Source of the DNA: Deltaproteobacteria bacterium
Lineage (GTDB): Bacteria; Desulfobacterota_D; UBA1144; Nemesobacterales; CSP1-2
Assembly: GCA_052390235.1 (NCBI GenBank)
Contig: JBQTHB010000001.1
Span: forward strand, 1-64,000
DNA: 64,000 bases
Reading direction: 5' to 3'
Positions 30,958 through 40,569 of this stretch are shown one piece after another (the stretch's first letter is position 1; every line of letters begins with the position of its first letter). A model generated the notes under the pieces. That model saw only the letters and a list, made by a program, of their open reading frames with translations. It did not search any database and was not told the DNA's origin. The position numbers and the translations under genes were made by a program.

Positions 30958-31791
30958 ATGGAATTTGTTAAACGTCATCCTATAGTCGCACTGCTCGCGC
31001 TCGGCTTGATAGCCGTCCAGGTATTTCCCCTGAGCTTCGGAGGCAGGCTTGGGGATGGGCAGGTGGCTAGATCCATCCTCACCCTCTCGTATTTTCCACA
31101 AAAATTGGTTTTTGGAATAAACGGCTCTCTTGCGAGAGGCTGGGGCAATTACATAAACCTCGCGGGAATTAAAAGCGAAAACGAGCGGCTCCGCGAAGAA
31201 ATCAAAGAACTGCGCGAGGAGAAATTCCGTCTCTGGGAGGCGGAGCTTCAAAACCAAAGGCTCAAAAAACTGCTCGACTACAAAAACGCATCGCCCATCT
31301 ACAGCGTAATCACCGCAAACGTCATCGGAGCAAGCCCCTCGGCGCTGAGGTCGGAGGTAGTCATAATTGACCGCGGCACAAGGGACGGCATATCAGAAGG
31401 GATGCCCGTCGTTACGCGGGAAGGAATCGTGGGGAGGGTCTATTTAGCCGGTGGGAGAAGCTCGGAGGTAGTCTTAATCACAGACCCGGTGAGCGGGGTT
31501 GATGCCTATATTCACAGGACGAGGGCAAGGGGAGTCATCAAGGGGACTGGCAGGGGGCGCGTCATAATGGACTATGTTGAGAATAAATCCGAGGTTGACG
31601 TGGGAGATAAAGTCCTATCGTCTGGGAAGGACGGATTTTTCCCCAAGGGAGTGGTAATAGGGACGGTCATGGGGGTGGAGGCAAACGGGAGCGTCGTAAA
31701 GGCGCGGGTATCGCCGGATTTGGATTTGGAGTCGCTTGAGGAAGTGATAGTGGTGCTGAAATCCCCAGAAGACGCGGTTATCAGTGAATAG
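30958..31791 (+). CDS. mreC: Rod shape-determining protein MreC
   Basis: TM + coiled coil ENERLR, IDRG..DGI..GMPV, SSGKDGFFPKG; position in operon. Confidence 0.93.
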   Translation: MEFVKRHPIVALLALGLIAVQVFPLSFGGRLGDGQVARSILTLSYFPQKLVFGINGSLARGWGNYINLAGIKSENERLREEIKELREEKFRLWEAELQNQRLKKLLDYKNASPIYSVITANVIGASPSALRSEVVIIDRGTRDGISEGMPVVTREGIVGRVYLAGGRSSEVVLITDPVSGVDAYIHRTRARGVIKGTGRGRVIMDYVENKSEVDVGDKVLSSGKDGFFPKGVVIGTVMGVEANGSVVKARVSPDLDLESLEEVIVVLKSPEDAVISE

Positions 31792-32272
31792 AGCGCTTAC
31801 ATTTATTTTCTTTGCCGCTCTGTCCCTCACCCTGCTTACGATACAATCAACGATTCTTTCGCCGCGCAATTTAGGGTTTCTCTCTCCTGATTTAAACCTC
31901 CTGCTCGTAATATTTTTCTCCCTCTACTCAGGCATCAAGTGGGGAGGGGCAATGGCGCTTGGGAATTCCTACATGATGGACGCCCTGTCGGGACACATCA
32001 CCGGGGCGCATCTGCTGTCGCGGATGAGCGCGTTTATCCTAATTCAGTCCCTGTCGGGGCAGTTTTTTCGGATGAGAGGGATTCAGGCGGCGGCGATAGT
32101 GTTCGGCACTTTATTCTCGTGGATTTTTTTTTGGGCAATCGCCTCAATGAGGACGGACTTCGATTTCCCGATGTCGGCGGCGGATATTGCGCTTCAGGCG
32201 GTTGTGAACGCGGTTGTGGGGGTCCCGCTTTTTTTTCTAATCGAATGGACTAATGCGAAACTACAGAGATAG
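31784..32272 (+). CDS. mreD: Rod shape-determining protein MreD
   Basis: Hydrophobic 162 aa, PDLNL motif, between mreC and mrdA. Confidence 0.85.
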   Translation: MNRALTFIFFAALSLTLLTIQSTILSPRNLGFLSPDLNLLLVIFFSLYSGIKWGGAMALGNSYMMDALSGHITGAHLLSRMSAFILIQSLSGQFFRMRGIQAAAIVFGTLFSWIFFWAIASMRTDFDFPMSAADIALQAVVNAVVGVPLFFLIEWTNAKLQR

Positions 32273-34052
32273 ATTTTTGATAGCCACGGTTATTTTGAGC
32301 CTCGCTTTTATCGTTCTTGGCGGGAGGCTGTGGTATCTCCAAATCCTTGAGGGAAGCAAATTCGAGGAGTTCTCGCGCGAGAACCGCTTCCGTTTCTACA
32401 GAATTCCCGCTCCGAGGGGGAGAATCCTCGACCGTATGGGCAGGGAAATAGTCTCGAACCGCCCCTCTTTCGACGCCTACGTCATCCCCGACGACGTGGG
32501 AAATCCCGAATCGCTGGCAGAATCCGTATCAAACGCCCTTGGAGTTGACGCAGACGCCCTCGTGGTCGCCCTTCGCAGAGGACTGAAGGAAAACCGCTTT
32601 AAGCAGATACTCATAGCCAAGGACATTAGCCGAGACCAGCTCGCATTTCTGGAGGCGCGCAGAATCTCTTTCCCGGGCCTCAACATAGAGGTAAATCACA
32701 CGAGAAAATATCCCTATGAGAAGCTCGGAGCCTCGTTCCTAGGCTATGTCGGCAAACCCACTGAAGAGGAGATAAAACAAACCCCCGGCATCGGCGGAGA
32801 CGACGACATCGGCAAAAGCGGGCTTGAGAAAACCCTCGACGGCTACCTGAGGGGGCAAAACGGCTTCAGCGCGAAACTCACCGACGCTTTCGGCAGAGAG
32901 GTAAGCGACGAGCTATTTCAATACGACCTCAAGCGCCAGCCGAGCGTCCAAGGCTCAGACCTCGTGCTTTCAATCAACCTTGAGCTTCAGCAAGCCGCCG
33001 AAGCCGCCCTCGGCCAGAGAGCCGGAGCAGTAGTTGCCGTTGACACGAGGTCAGGCGAGGTGCTTGCGATGGTGAGCCATCCCACTTACGACCCTAGGGA
33101 TTTCGTCGGCAAAATTGACTCGAAAAAATGGAAGGAGCTAACAGAGGACAAATCCTATCCAATGCTGAACCGAGCCACTCAAGCCTCCTACGCGCCGGGT
33201 TCGGTGCTGAAAATCGCCGTCGCAGTCGCGGGGCTCAAAGAGGGGGTGGTCAAACCCTCGGATTCGTTTTACTGCCCCGGGGCTTTTTTCCTTGGGAGCA
33301 AGCGGTTCGGTTGCTGGAAGCGCGCAGGACACGGGAGCGTAAACTTCCACAAGGGGCTAGTGCAGTCCTGCGACGTTTATTTCTATAACCTAGGGCTGAG
33401 GCTGGGGGTTGATAAGCTCTCCGAGGGGCTTAGCAGCTTTGGATTCGGCAGGCTCACCGGAATCGGCATCAGGGAAAAACCGGGGATACTCCCAAGCCGG
33501 GAATGGAAGACCAAAGCGCTGAAACAGCCCTGGTATCCCGGAGAGACCGTCGTAATGTCCATCGGGCAGGGCTATTTAACCACGACGCCCCTTCAAATTG
33601 CCATGATGACCGCCGCAGTGGCAAATGGAGGCTCGCTCCTTCAGCCGGAGCTTGTGAAGCGTGTAGTCTCGCACGAGGGGAAAATAATCGCCGAATACGA
33701 GCCGAAGGAGACCGGGCAGGTGGAGATTCCGCCGGACGCGCTTGGGCCCGTAAGAGGGGCACTTGAGGGAGTGGTAAATGAAGTCGGCGGAACGGGCAGA
33801 GGGTCAAGGCTTGCGGAGATGAAAGTAGCCGGGAAAACAGGCACGGCTCAGGTCGTATCGCTCGAGAAACAGTCCAAGAGGGTCGAACACCAAGACCACG
33901 CTTGGTTCACCTCCTACGCCCCAGCCGAGGCGCCGGAGATTGCGGTTACGGTGCTTGTGGAGAACGGCGGCAAGGGAGGAGCAGTCGCCGCCCCCATTGC
34001 AAAACAGGTGCTTGAGGCGTATCTGAAACTCAAAAAAGAGGGAAACGTCTAA
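32253..34052 (+). CDS. mrdA: Penicillin-binding protein 2
   Basis: APRGRILDR, PGSVLK (SxxK), SCD (SxD), KTGTAQ, DHAWF. Confidence 0.96.
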   Translation: MRNYRDRFLIATVILSLAFIVLGGRLWYLQILEGSKFEEFSRENRFRFYRIPAPRGRILDRMGREIVSNRPSFDAYVIPDDVGNPESLAESVSNALGVDADALVVALRRGLKENRFKQILIAKDISRDQLAFLEARRISFPGLNIEVNHTRKYPYEKLGASFLGYVGKPTEEEIKQTPGIGGDDDIGKSGLEKTLDGYLRGQNGFSAKLTDAFGREVSDELFQYDLKRQPSVQGSDLVLSINLELQQAAEAALGQRAGAVVAVDTRSGEVLAMVSHPTYDPRDFVGKIDSKKWKELTEDKSYPMLNRATQASYAPGSVLKIAVAVAGLKEGVVKPSDSFYCPGAFFLGSKRFGCWKRAGHGSVNFHKGLVQSCDVYFYNLGLRLGVDKLSEGLSSFGFGRLTGIGIREKPGILPSREWKTKALKQPWYPGETVVMSIGQGYLTTTPLQIAMMTAAVANGGSLLQPELVKRVVSHEGKIIAEYEPKETGQVEIPPDALGPVRGALEGVVNEVGGTGRGSRLAEMKVAGKTGTAQVVSLEKQSKRVEHQDHAWFTSYAPAEAPEIAVTVLVENGGKGGAVAAPIAKQVLEAYLKLKKEGNV

Positions 34053-34057
34053 GGGCG

Positions 34058-35158
34058 ATGTTCAAGGGCGGACTCATAAAAAACTTCGACTGGACGCTCC
34101 TCGCCTTTGTCCTAGGGATAACGGCGATGGGGCTTGTCAACCTCTATAGCGCGTCCTATCAGAGCGAGCTTGCGGCATTCAAAAAGCAGAGCGTGTGGGT
34201 CGTCGCGGGGCTCATCGCCATGGGGATTGTGTGCTTTATGGATTATAGAACCATCGAGAGGTACGCAATTCACATATATATCGTCTCGATTTTGTTTCTC
34301 ATTGCGGTGCTGGGGTTCGGTAGAGAGGTCGCAGGCTCAAAGAGCTGGCTCTCGCTAGGGCAGTTCATCAGCATTCAGCCGTCGGAGTTCGTCAAAATCC
34401 CCATAATTTTAGTCATCGCAAAGTTCTATCACCGCGACTTCGGCAGAAGAACCTATGGCTTCTCGGATTTGATAAAACCCATTGCGCTGGTTCTCCTGCC
34501 ACTTGGGCTTGTGATGCTTCAGCCCGACCTCGGCACGGGGCTGATTATAATTTTAATATCGGGGAGTCTCGTATTTTTCATGGGGCTGCGGTGGAAAACT
34601 GTTTTATTCCTGCTTGTTTTGATTATCGGCGTTTGTTTTATAAGCTGGCACTCGTTCCTCAAGGAATACCAAAAGGACAGAATCAAGACCTTCATTGACC
34701 CCACGCACGACCCCCTCGGCTCAGGCTATAACTCGATTCAATCACAAATCGCCGTCGGCTCTGGCGAGTTTTTAGGCAAGGGATTTACGAAAGGCTCTCA
34801 GAGTCAGCTTAGATTTATACCGGCGCAGCAGACGGATTTTGCGTTCTCGGTGTTTGCCGAGGAGTGGGGATTTGCCGGGGCGTTTTCGGCTCTAGCGCTC
34901 TACTACCTGCTGATTCTGTGGATTTTCGACACGGCAGGGAGGGCAAAAGACAGATTTGCGATGCTCGCCTCGTTCGGGGTGGCGGCGATGTTCTTCTGGC
35001 ATATATTAATCAACGTGGGGATGGTTGTGGGGCTTCTGCCGGTTACCGGAGTGCCGCTTTTCCTATTCAGCTACGGAGGCTCGTCAACTGTTATCGCTCT
35101 AGTCGGCGTGGGGCTTATCTTGGGAATCAGGATGCGAAGGCCAGCCCTTGCCGGATAG
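34058..35158 (+). CDS. rodA: Rod shape-determining protein RodA (SEDS)
   Basis: QPSEFVK, QPDLGT, GYNSIQSQIAVGSG, TDFAF, SYGGSS. Confidence 0.96.
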   Translation: MFKGGLIKNFDWTLLAFVLGITAMGLVNLYSASYQSELAAFKKQSVWVVAGLIAMGIVCFMDYRTIERYAIHIYIVSILFLIAVLGFGREVAGSKSWLSLGQFISIQPSEFVKIPIILVIAKFYHRDFGRRTYGFSDLIKPIALVLLPLGLVMLQPDLGTGLIIILISGSLVFFMGLRWKTVLFLLVLIIGVCFISWHSFLKEYQKDRIKTFIDPTHDPLGSGYNSIQSQIAVGSGEFLGKGFTKGSQSQLRFIPAQQTDFAFSVFAEEWGFAGAFSALALYYLLILWIFDTAGRAKDRFAMLASFGVAAMFFWHILINVGMVVGLLPVTGVPLFLFSYGGSSTVIALVGVGLILGIRMRRPALAG

Positions 35159-35188
35159 ATTCGATTCAGGCGGGAATGACACTCCCCA

Positions 35189-35275
35189 CTTCGACGCAGT
35201 TTATAGTGAGCGGAGTCGAACCGCTCAGGGTGAAGAAGGAAATGGATTCCCGCTCAGAAAACTGCGGGAATGACA
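35189..35275. repeat. Family A element copy (inner hairpin + right arm)
   Basis: CTTCGACGCAGTTTATAGTGAGCGGAGTCGAACCGCTCAGGGTGAAGAAGGAAATGGATTCCCGCTCAGAAAACTGCGGGAATGACA. Confidence 0.88.
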
Positions 35276-35283
35276 CACAGGCT

Positions 35284-35391
35284 CTGCCATTCCGAACGCC
35301 TCACTCCCTGCCATTCCGAACGCACAGAGAGGAATCTTATATTACGCGGGTGTGAGGATTTCTCAGTCGCTGCCGCTCCCTCGAAATGACA
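35284..35391. repeat. Family B palindromic element with tandem CTGCCATTCCGAACGC duplication
   Basis: 16-mer at 35284 and 35308, then GAGAGGAATC...GATTTCTC...TCGAAATGACA. Confidence 0.7.
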
Positions 35392-35413
35392 ACAGGTCGG
35401 CAGGCGCTAGATG

Positions 35414-35542
35414 TGTCATTCTCACGAAAGTGGGAATCCACAGTTCACACTCCGCCCTTCGACGTAGTTTATAGTGAGCTTAGTCGAACTACTCAGGATG
35501 AAGAAGCAATGGATTCCCGCTCAGAAAACTGCGGGAAGGACA
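35414..35542. repeat. Family A element, full-length copy
   Basis: TGTCATTCTCACGAAAGTGGGAATCC...CTTCGACGTAGTTTATAGTGAGC...GGATTCCCGCTCAGAAAACTGCGGGAAGGACA. Confidence 0.88.
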
Positions 35543-35802
35543 GCTTTGTAGTGTATTTGAGTTCTATCCCTATCAATCATTCCGAGCCGCTCCCTCTTGC
35601 CTTTTCGAGTCTCATGCTGTCGTTTCGAGCCGAAGGGCGAGAAACCTCAGAGGGTAGCGGGAAATCTCGAATCAGATTTCTCCGGTCTGCGTTTGAAATG
35701 AGACGCGTTATCCCTTTCCTCATCTCGATTCGGGATATACCTTCAGAATAACGCTCAAGGTATTCTTAAGTCACTTTGCGAAAACCGTCTTTAATACACG
35801 AA

Positions 35803-36777
35803 TTACCTGCGCAAATCCCGCGAGCTTGGAATCGCGGCTAACCCCTCGGCGCTGTTTACGGCTCTGATAATGGCTTCCGATACCAATTCCGCCGCGATGA
35901 CCCCTACGGAGTTCGCATCGGCTTGGGTGCCCCCTCCCGTCGAGATGGCAAAGACTAAATCCCCGTCGGAGGCTGTATGAGCCGGTGAAATTACCCTCGT
36001 AATTCCCGTTTGCGCTATCACGGCGACCCTCGAAAGCTCAGGTTTTGAGAGCGGGGCGTTGACTGCGACGACGGCGAGGGTGGTATTTTGAAACCCGTCC
36101 TCGCGCCGAAATCCCCGCCGTATTAAATCCCCCGTGCCGAGGAATTCCCGTCCCTCCGGGGAGTTTCTGACCCCGGCGATAATTTTGGCGCTCTTGGGGT
36201 CAATGACGTCCCCAAAGGCGTTCACAACGACCATAGCCCCGATGACCGCTCCGCCCGGCATAGTGAAACTCGCCCCCCCTACCCCGCCTTTCGTGGCTCT
36301 GCCCGCGCCAAAAATCTTGCCTATAGTCGCCCCCGTTCCCGCGCCGACGCTCCCTTCGGCAACCGCATTGCGGGACGCCATAAGACACGCCTCGTAAGCC
36401 ATAGCGGCGTCGGGTCTCACGCGCGGATTGCCAATGCCAAGGTCGAAAATCACGGCGGTCGGCACGGATGGGACGACCATTCCATAGCCCACGGCAAGCC
36501 CCTCGCCCCGCTCTTCGAGGTATCGCATCACCCCTGCGGCGGCGTCGAGACCATAGGCGCTCCCTCCAGTGAGGAATATGGCGTGAATTTTTCTGAAATA
36601 GTGGTGCGGCAGAAGACCGTCAATTTGCCTTGTGCTTGTGCCGCCCCCTCGAAGGTCAACCGCCCCTGCCGCGCCGCCCTCGATGAGAACTACGGTGCAT
36701 CCGGTGGCGGCTTCGTAATTTGATGCGTGTCCAACTGATATTCCGGGAACATCTGTGAGCGATGGCATATTGTTCAT
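35803..36777 (-). CDS. P1/S58 (DmpA-like) peptidase
   Basis: LTDVPGISVGH, TGCTV, LTGGSAYGLDAA, EGSVGAGTGA, NTT, HTASDGD. Confidence 0.9.
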   Translation of the reverse strand: MNNMPSLTDVPGISVGHASNYEAATGCTVVLIEGGAAGAVDLRGGGTSTRQIDGLLPHHYFRKIHAIFLTGGSAYGLDAAAGVMRYLEERGEGLAVGYGMVVPSVPTAVIFDLGIGNPRVRPDAAMAYEACLMASRNAVAEGSVGAGTGATIGKIFGAGRATKGGVGGASFTMPGGAVIGAMVVVNAFGDVIDPKSAKIIAGVRNSPEGREFLGTGDLIRRGFRREDGFQNTTLAVVAVNAPLSKPELSRVAVIAQTGITRVISPAHTASDGDLVFAISTGGGTQADANSVGVIAAELVSEAIIRAVNSAEGLAAIPSSRDLRR

Positions 36778-36834
36778 CCTAACTTGAGAGCGTCAACTTC
36801 CCCCCTACGGGCAATTAAGGAGGCATCAACCTCT

Positions 36835-37176
36835 TCAGTTTTTGAATAGCTCGTCAACTTTGTCGGCGAAAGCGTCGGCAAAACTGGCAATCATCTGGGC
36901 AAGTTCGGGCTTATTAGTAGCTTTTTTATAGGTTTCAGCCATTTTCATTATCGTGAGATAGAAGTGTGAGTTCATCTCGCCGATTTCCATCTCCTTTGTC
37001 CAGAGGTCAATGCTGAGGGCGTTTTTCTCATCGCCGTCCCAGATGGAAATCATAATGGATTTGCAGGGTTTGCGCCCGCTGAAATCCGAATCGCTCGCCT
37101 CCCAGAACATATTCTCAGGCACACCAGCGGCGTCAAGCTCTACGGTGAATTTTATCTCGGCTTCTTTTTTTGGCAT
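36835..37176 (-). CDS. gldC: GldC-like protein
   Basis: EIKFTVELD..VPE...WEASD, SIWD..EKNAL.IDLWTKEM...EM, MAETY.KAT pattern recognised from Bacteroidota GldC. Confidence 0.8.
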   Translation of the reverse strand: MPKKEAEIKFTVELDAAGVPENMFWEASDSDFSGRKPCKSIMISIWDGDEKNALSIDLWTKEMEIGEMNSHFYLTIMKMAETYKKATNKPELAQMIASFADAFADKVDELFKN

Positions 37177-37361
37177 AGTGGGCAACTCCTTGGCGGGGAA
37201 AATTTATTAGTGAGAGATGATACCCGACGATGGAATCTTGACTATGGATGGATGGATGATAGCAAATTTCGGTTTGTGATAGAATAGTTTTTTGGAATCG
37301 GTTTACAATATTGGTAAATTAGCCTATAATCTAAAAAATACTGATATATCAAGATGTTAGG

Positions 37362-39083
37362 ATGCGAATCAGAACAATCGCCACAGCCCTCTTCATAGCC
37401 GCTTTAATGATCTCTCAAAAGTCCGCCGCCGCCTCAAGCTACGAGGAGCGTCTGTTTGATGACGCGCTAAATCTCTATAAAACTCTCATATCGGACTCAG
37501 AAAAAGTAAAAGAATACGAAATTTGGGACACCATTGCCCAATCGTTCTACACCATCTATACGACTTATCCTAGAAGCTCGCCTGCCGCCGATTCCCTTTT
37601 TCTCTGCGGGAAAATGTACGAGGAGATGGGCGCGAGATTCAATTCTAAAGAGGATTTCTCAAACTCCGTCGGGCGCTCAAGGGAGTTCATAAGCGCTTTC
37701 CCCAAAAATCCACTTGCCGACGACGCCCAACTACGGATAGCCAGAATCCTCGAGATGCGGGATAAATCCGAGGCTTACGCCGAGTACGAGCGGGTAGTTA
37801 GGGATTTTCCCAAGGGCGATATGAAAATCGCCGCCCAGGGCAAGCTCAGAGAACTTAAAGCCTATAAAAACGCCGAGAGAAAACCAGTCCAGCCCGATGC
37901 CGAAAACAGCGCGAGACTCGCTCAAATCAACGAAATCCGCCAGTGGTCAAACGACTCCTACACGAGAGTGGTCATAGGGACGAGCCGCGAAATCCCATTC
38001 GAGGCAAAGGCGCTGAAGCCAGACCCAAAGCTCCACACCACGCACCGAGTCTATGTTGACATTAAAGACGCAACGGTTGACCTCAGGCTCAAGCCAGAAA
38101 AAATCGAGGACGGGCTTCTTCGGGACATAAGATTCGGCAGAAACACCCCAGATACCGTGCGAGTGGTGCTGGATGTGAATAGCCTCAAAAACTACAGAGT
38201 GTTCGCCCTCAGAGACCCTCACAGAATCGTAATGGACATTTATGGCGAGGATGGGAATCCAGCCAAAACCCCCGCAGTGAAGCGAAAAGATAGTTTCGAG
38301 GACAGAACCCTTGCCGGACTGCCAAAATTTGAGGACCTAGACGGGGCAAATATATCCTCGCTCAGAGGGGCGCTGGGGCTTAAGGTCAGAACCATCGTAA
38401 TTGACCCCGGACACGGAGGACACGACCCCGGAGCAATAGGACCCTCAGGGCTAAAGGAGAAGGACGTAAACCTCGCCATCGGCAAGGCTCTCAAAAAGAA
38501 AATCGAAAAAGAGGGAAGGGAATTCGGCATCACGCGGGTACTCATGACACGCGAAGACGACCGCTTTATACCCCTCGAAGAGCGCACTGCAATAGCGAAA
38601 AAACAGGGAGCGGACATTTTTATTTCTATCCACTGCAACGCCGCCAAAAACCGAGAGGCGCACGGCATTGAGACCTATATCCTCAGCTTCACCAAAGACC
38701 CCGAAGCCCTCGCCCTCGCCGCAAGAGAAAACGCAAGCACCGCAAAGGGCATAAGCGACCTCAGAGATATAATAAAAAAATACCTGCTCAGCTCCAAAAT
38801 TGATGAATCCACCCGACTTGCCAACCACGTTCAAGGCTCGGTCATGAACCAAGTATCGAAAAAATACGATTCCGTAAAGAGCAAAGGCGTGAAGAAAGCC
38901 CCGTTTATCGTCTTAATCGGAGCGGACGTGCCTAGCATACTCATCGAAACGGCGTTTATCAGCAACCCGCGCGAAGAGGCGAGGCTCAAAAACGAGGACT
39001 ACGTTAGGGACATCGCCGAGGGGATATTCGCCGGCATAAAAAAATACTCAAACGAGGTGGAAACCGCATCTATTGCCCAGTGA
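37362..39083 (+). CDS. N-acetylmuramoyl-L-alanine amidase (TPR-like + AMIN + Amidase_3)
   Basis: IDPGHGGHDPGA, EKD, ISIHCNA, ILIETAFISN; AMIN-like VRVVLD..PHRIVMD; signal peptide. Confidence 0.93.
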   Translation: MRIRTIATALFIAALMISQKSAAASSYEERLFDDALNLYKTLISDSEKVKEYEIWDTIAQSFYTIYTTYPRSSPAADSLFLCGKMYEEMGARFNSKEDFSNSVGRSREFISAFPKNPLADDAQLRIARILEMRDKSEAYAEYERVVRDFPKGDMKIAAQGKLRELKAYKNAERKPVQPDAENSARLAQINEIRQWSNDSYTRVVIGTSREIPFEAKALKPDPKLHTTHRVYVDIKDATVDLRLKPEKIEDGLLRDIRFGRNTPDTVRVVLDVNSLKNYRVFALRDPHRIVMDIYGEDGNPAKTPAVKRKDSFEDRTLAGLPKFEDLDGANISSLRGALGLKVRTIVIDPGHGGHDPGAIGPSGLKEKDVNLAIGKALKKKIEKEGREFGITRVLMTREDDRFIPLEERTAIAKKQGADIFISIHCNAAKNREAHGIETYILSFTKDPEALALAARENASTAKGISDLRDIIKKYLLSSKIDESTRLANHVQGSVMNQVSKKYDSVKSKGVKKAPFIVLIGADVPSILIETAFISNPREEARLKNEDYVRDIAEGIFAGIKKYSNEVETASIAQ

Positions 39084-39194
39084 TAGGGCGTATCATCTCA
39101 CCATGCGCCTAAGCTGGTACGTTGCCCCTCAAGCTTAGGGCGGCGCTGCCAATCAATATAAATCCTGCATCACGACCGAATTTTTCAACTCCCC

Positions 39195-39223
39195 TTGACA
39201 ATCTATCTACCGGTAGATAGATT
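39195..39223 (+). promoter_or_regulatory. Sigma70 promoter overlapped by perfect 24-bp palindromic operator
   Basis: TTGACA(39195)-17 bp-TAGATT(39218); AATCTATCTACCGGTAGATAGATT (39200-39223) is its own reverse complement. Confidence 0.85.
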
Positions 39224-39230
39224 AATATCC

Positions 39231-39821
39231 ATGAGCGAAACTATAAGCGATAACCCAGTTGCTCAGCGCATCCTCGATATAGCTCAGGAGCTACTCCAAG
39301 AGCGGGGCTACAACTCCTTCAGCTACAGAGACCTCTCGCGTCAGGTGGGGATTAAAACCTCGAGTATTCACTACTACTTCCCCACAAAAGAGCGGCTCGC
39401 CAAAGCCCTGACCGTGAGATACAGAGAGCGTTTCCAAGCCTCTCTCACGGCGATTGACGGGCAGAGCGGCGGCGCGGAGGAGAAGTTTGAGATATACCTA
39501 AATCTGTTTCTAGACGGTTTCAGGTCGTGCAAAAAAATCTGTCTCTGCTCGATGCTGGCGGCGGATTTTGCAAATCTCCCCGCAAGCGTTCAGGACGAGA
39601 TAAAGGGACTTTTCCGGGACAACGAGGCGTGGCTTGCGAAACTCCTGCAAACGGGCGGAGAGAGGGGCGCGTTCAAATTCGAGGCAGACTGCGGCGCGCT
39701 TGCAAAGGTAATATTTGCCGCGCTTGAGGGGGCAACAATATCGGGGCGGATTTTCTCGGATGATACGCCGCTTCGATGTCTGGCGGATTTGCTTCGGGAA
39801 ACGTTGAAATCCGAGAGTTAG
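39231..39821 (+). CDS. TetR/AcrR family regulator (NemR-like, Cys-containing)
   Basis: HTH GYNSFSYRDL..VGIKTSSIHYYFPTKE; C-terminal CKKICLCSML. Confidence 0.92.
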   Translation: MSETISDNPVAQRILDIAQELLQERGYNSFSYRDLSRQVGIKTSSIHYYFPTKERLAKALTVRYRERFQASLTAIDGQSGGAEEKFEIYLNLFLDGFRSCKKICLCSMLAADFANLPASVQDEIKGLFRDNEAWLAKLLQTGGERGAFKFEADCGALAKVIFAALEGATISGRIFSDDTPLRCLADLLRETLKSES

Positions 39822-39850
39822 GCTAGGGGAAATTTTTTTGTTACACAATT

Positions 39851-39868
39851 CTATCTATTAGTAGATAG
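39851..39868. promoter_or_regulatory. Second operator copy upstream of ECF sigma gene
   Basis: CTATCTATTAGTAGATAG vs CTATCTACCGGTAGATAG at 39203-39220; 16 bp before the ATG, next to the SD. Confidence 0.75.
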
Positions 39869-39884
39869 TATCAGGAGAAGCGAT

Positions 39885-40565
39885 ATGAACAACTCATCAA
39901 GGCGCGAAAACGTATCGGTGGGCGAGAGCGGCGCTCTTACATATTCTGGGGCGCGCAAGGGGATTGGAGAGTTATCCGACGAAGAGCTTGCAAAATCGTT
40001 TGCGCAGAATCGGGGCGAAGAGCAGTTCGGTGAAATTGTGAACCGCTACTCGGATAAAATTTACCGCCTAGCCTACAGAATCACCCAAAGCCAGGGCGAC
40101 GCTGAGGAGGTTCTGCAGGAGGTTTTCATCACCCTCATGAAAAATATGGGCAAATTCAGAAGCGAGTCAAAGTTTGGCACATGGCTCTACAGAGTCGCCC
40201 TCAACACGACATACCTATACATCCGATCCGGCAGAAAGAGGCAGGACAGAGAAATTAGCCTAGAGAACTACGGCTCTGGCGACAACCGGAGCGATGTCCT
40301 GAGCGTCGAATTTGGTCATCGGCAGGACGCTGCTGACAGGGAATTGCTGAGCCGCGAGGCTCTAGAGACGCTTGAGAGAGCTGTAAATGAGCTTCCCGAA
40401 GCGTATAGAGTGGTGTTTCAGCTCAGAGATGTTGAGGAGCTTTCAAATGAGAGAGTAGCCGAAATCCTCGGTATAAGCATCGCCAACGTGAAATCGAGAA
40501 TCCACAGGGCGAGGCTCTCCCTCAGGGACAAACTCTCGGGCTATTTTTACGAACGGGCGGCGTGA
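39885..40565 (+). CDS. ECF-type RNA polymerase sigma factor
   Basis: DAEEVLQEVF, FGTWLYRVALN, LPEAYRVVFQLRDVEELS..VAEILG, VKSRIHRAR. Confidence 0.93.
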   Translation: MNNSSRRENVSVGESGALTYSGARKGIGELSDEELAKSFAQNRGEEQFGEIVNRYSDKIYRLAYRITQSQGDAEEVLQEVFITLMKNMGKFRSESKFGTWLYRVALNTTYLYIRSGRKRQDREISLENYGSGDNRSDVLSVEFGHRQDAADRELLSREALETLERAVNELPEAYRVVFQLRDVEELSNERVAEILGISIANVKSRIHRARLSLRDKLSGYFYERAA

Positions 40566-40569
40566 ATCG

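Noticed and set aside
34864..35751. ORFs 34864-35355 and 35386-35751 (and 49534-49755) sharing peptide MDSRSENCG / PFDVVYSE
   Set aside because: Similarity comes from the non-coding palindromic repeat; no SD or protein-family features
35159..35802. Possible CRISPR array
   Set aside because: Repeats are long, nested, variable and irregularly spaced, with no unique constant-length spacers and no cas genes
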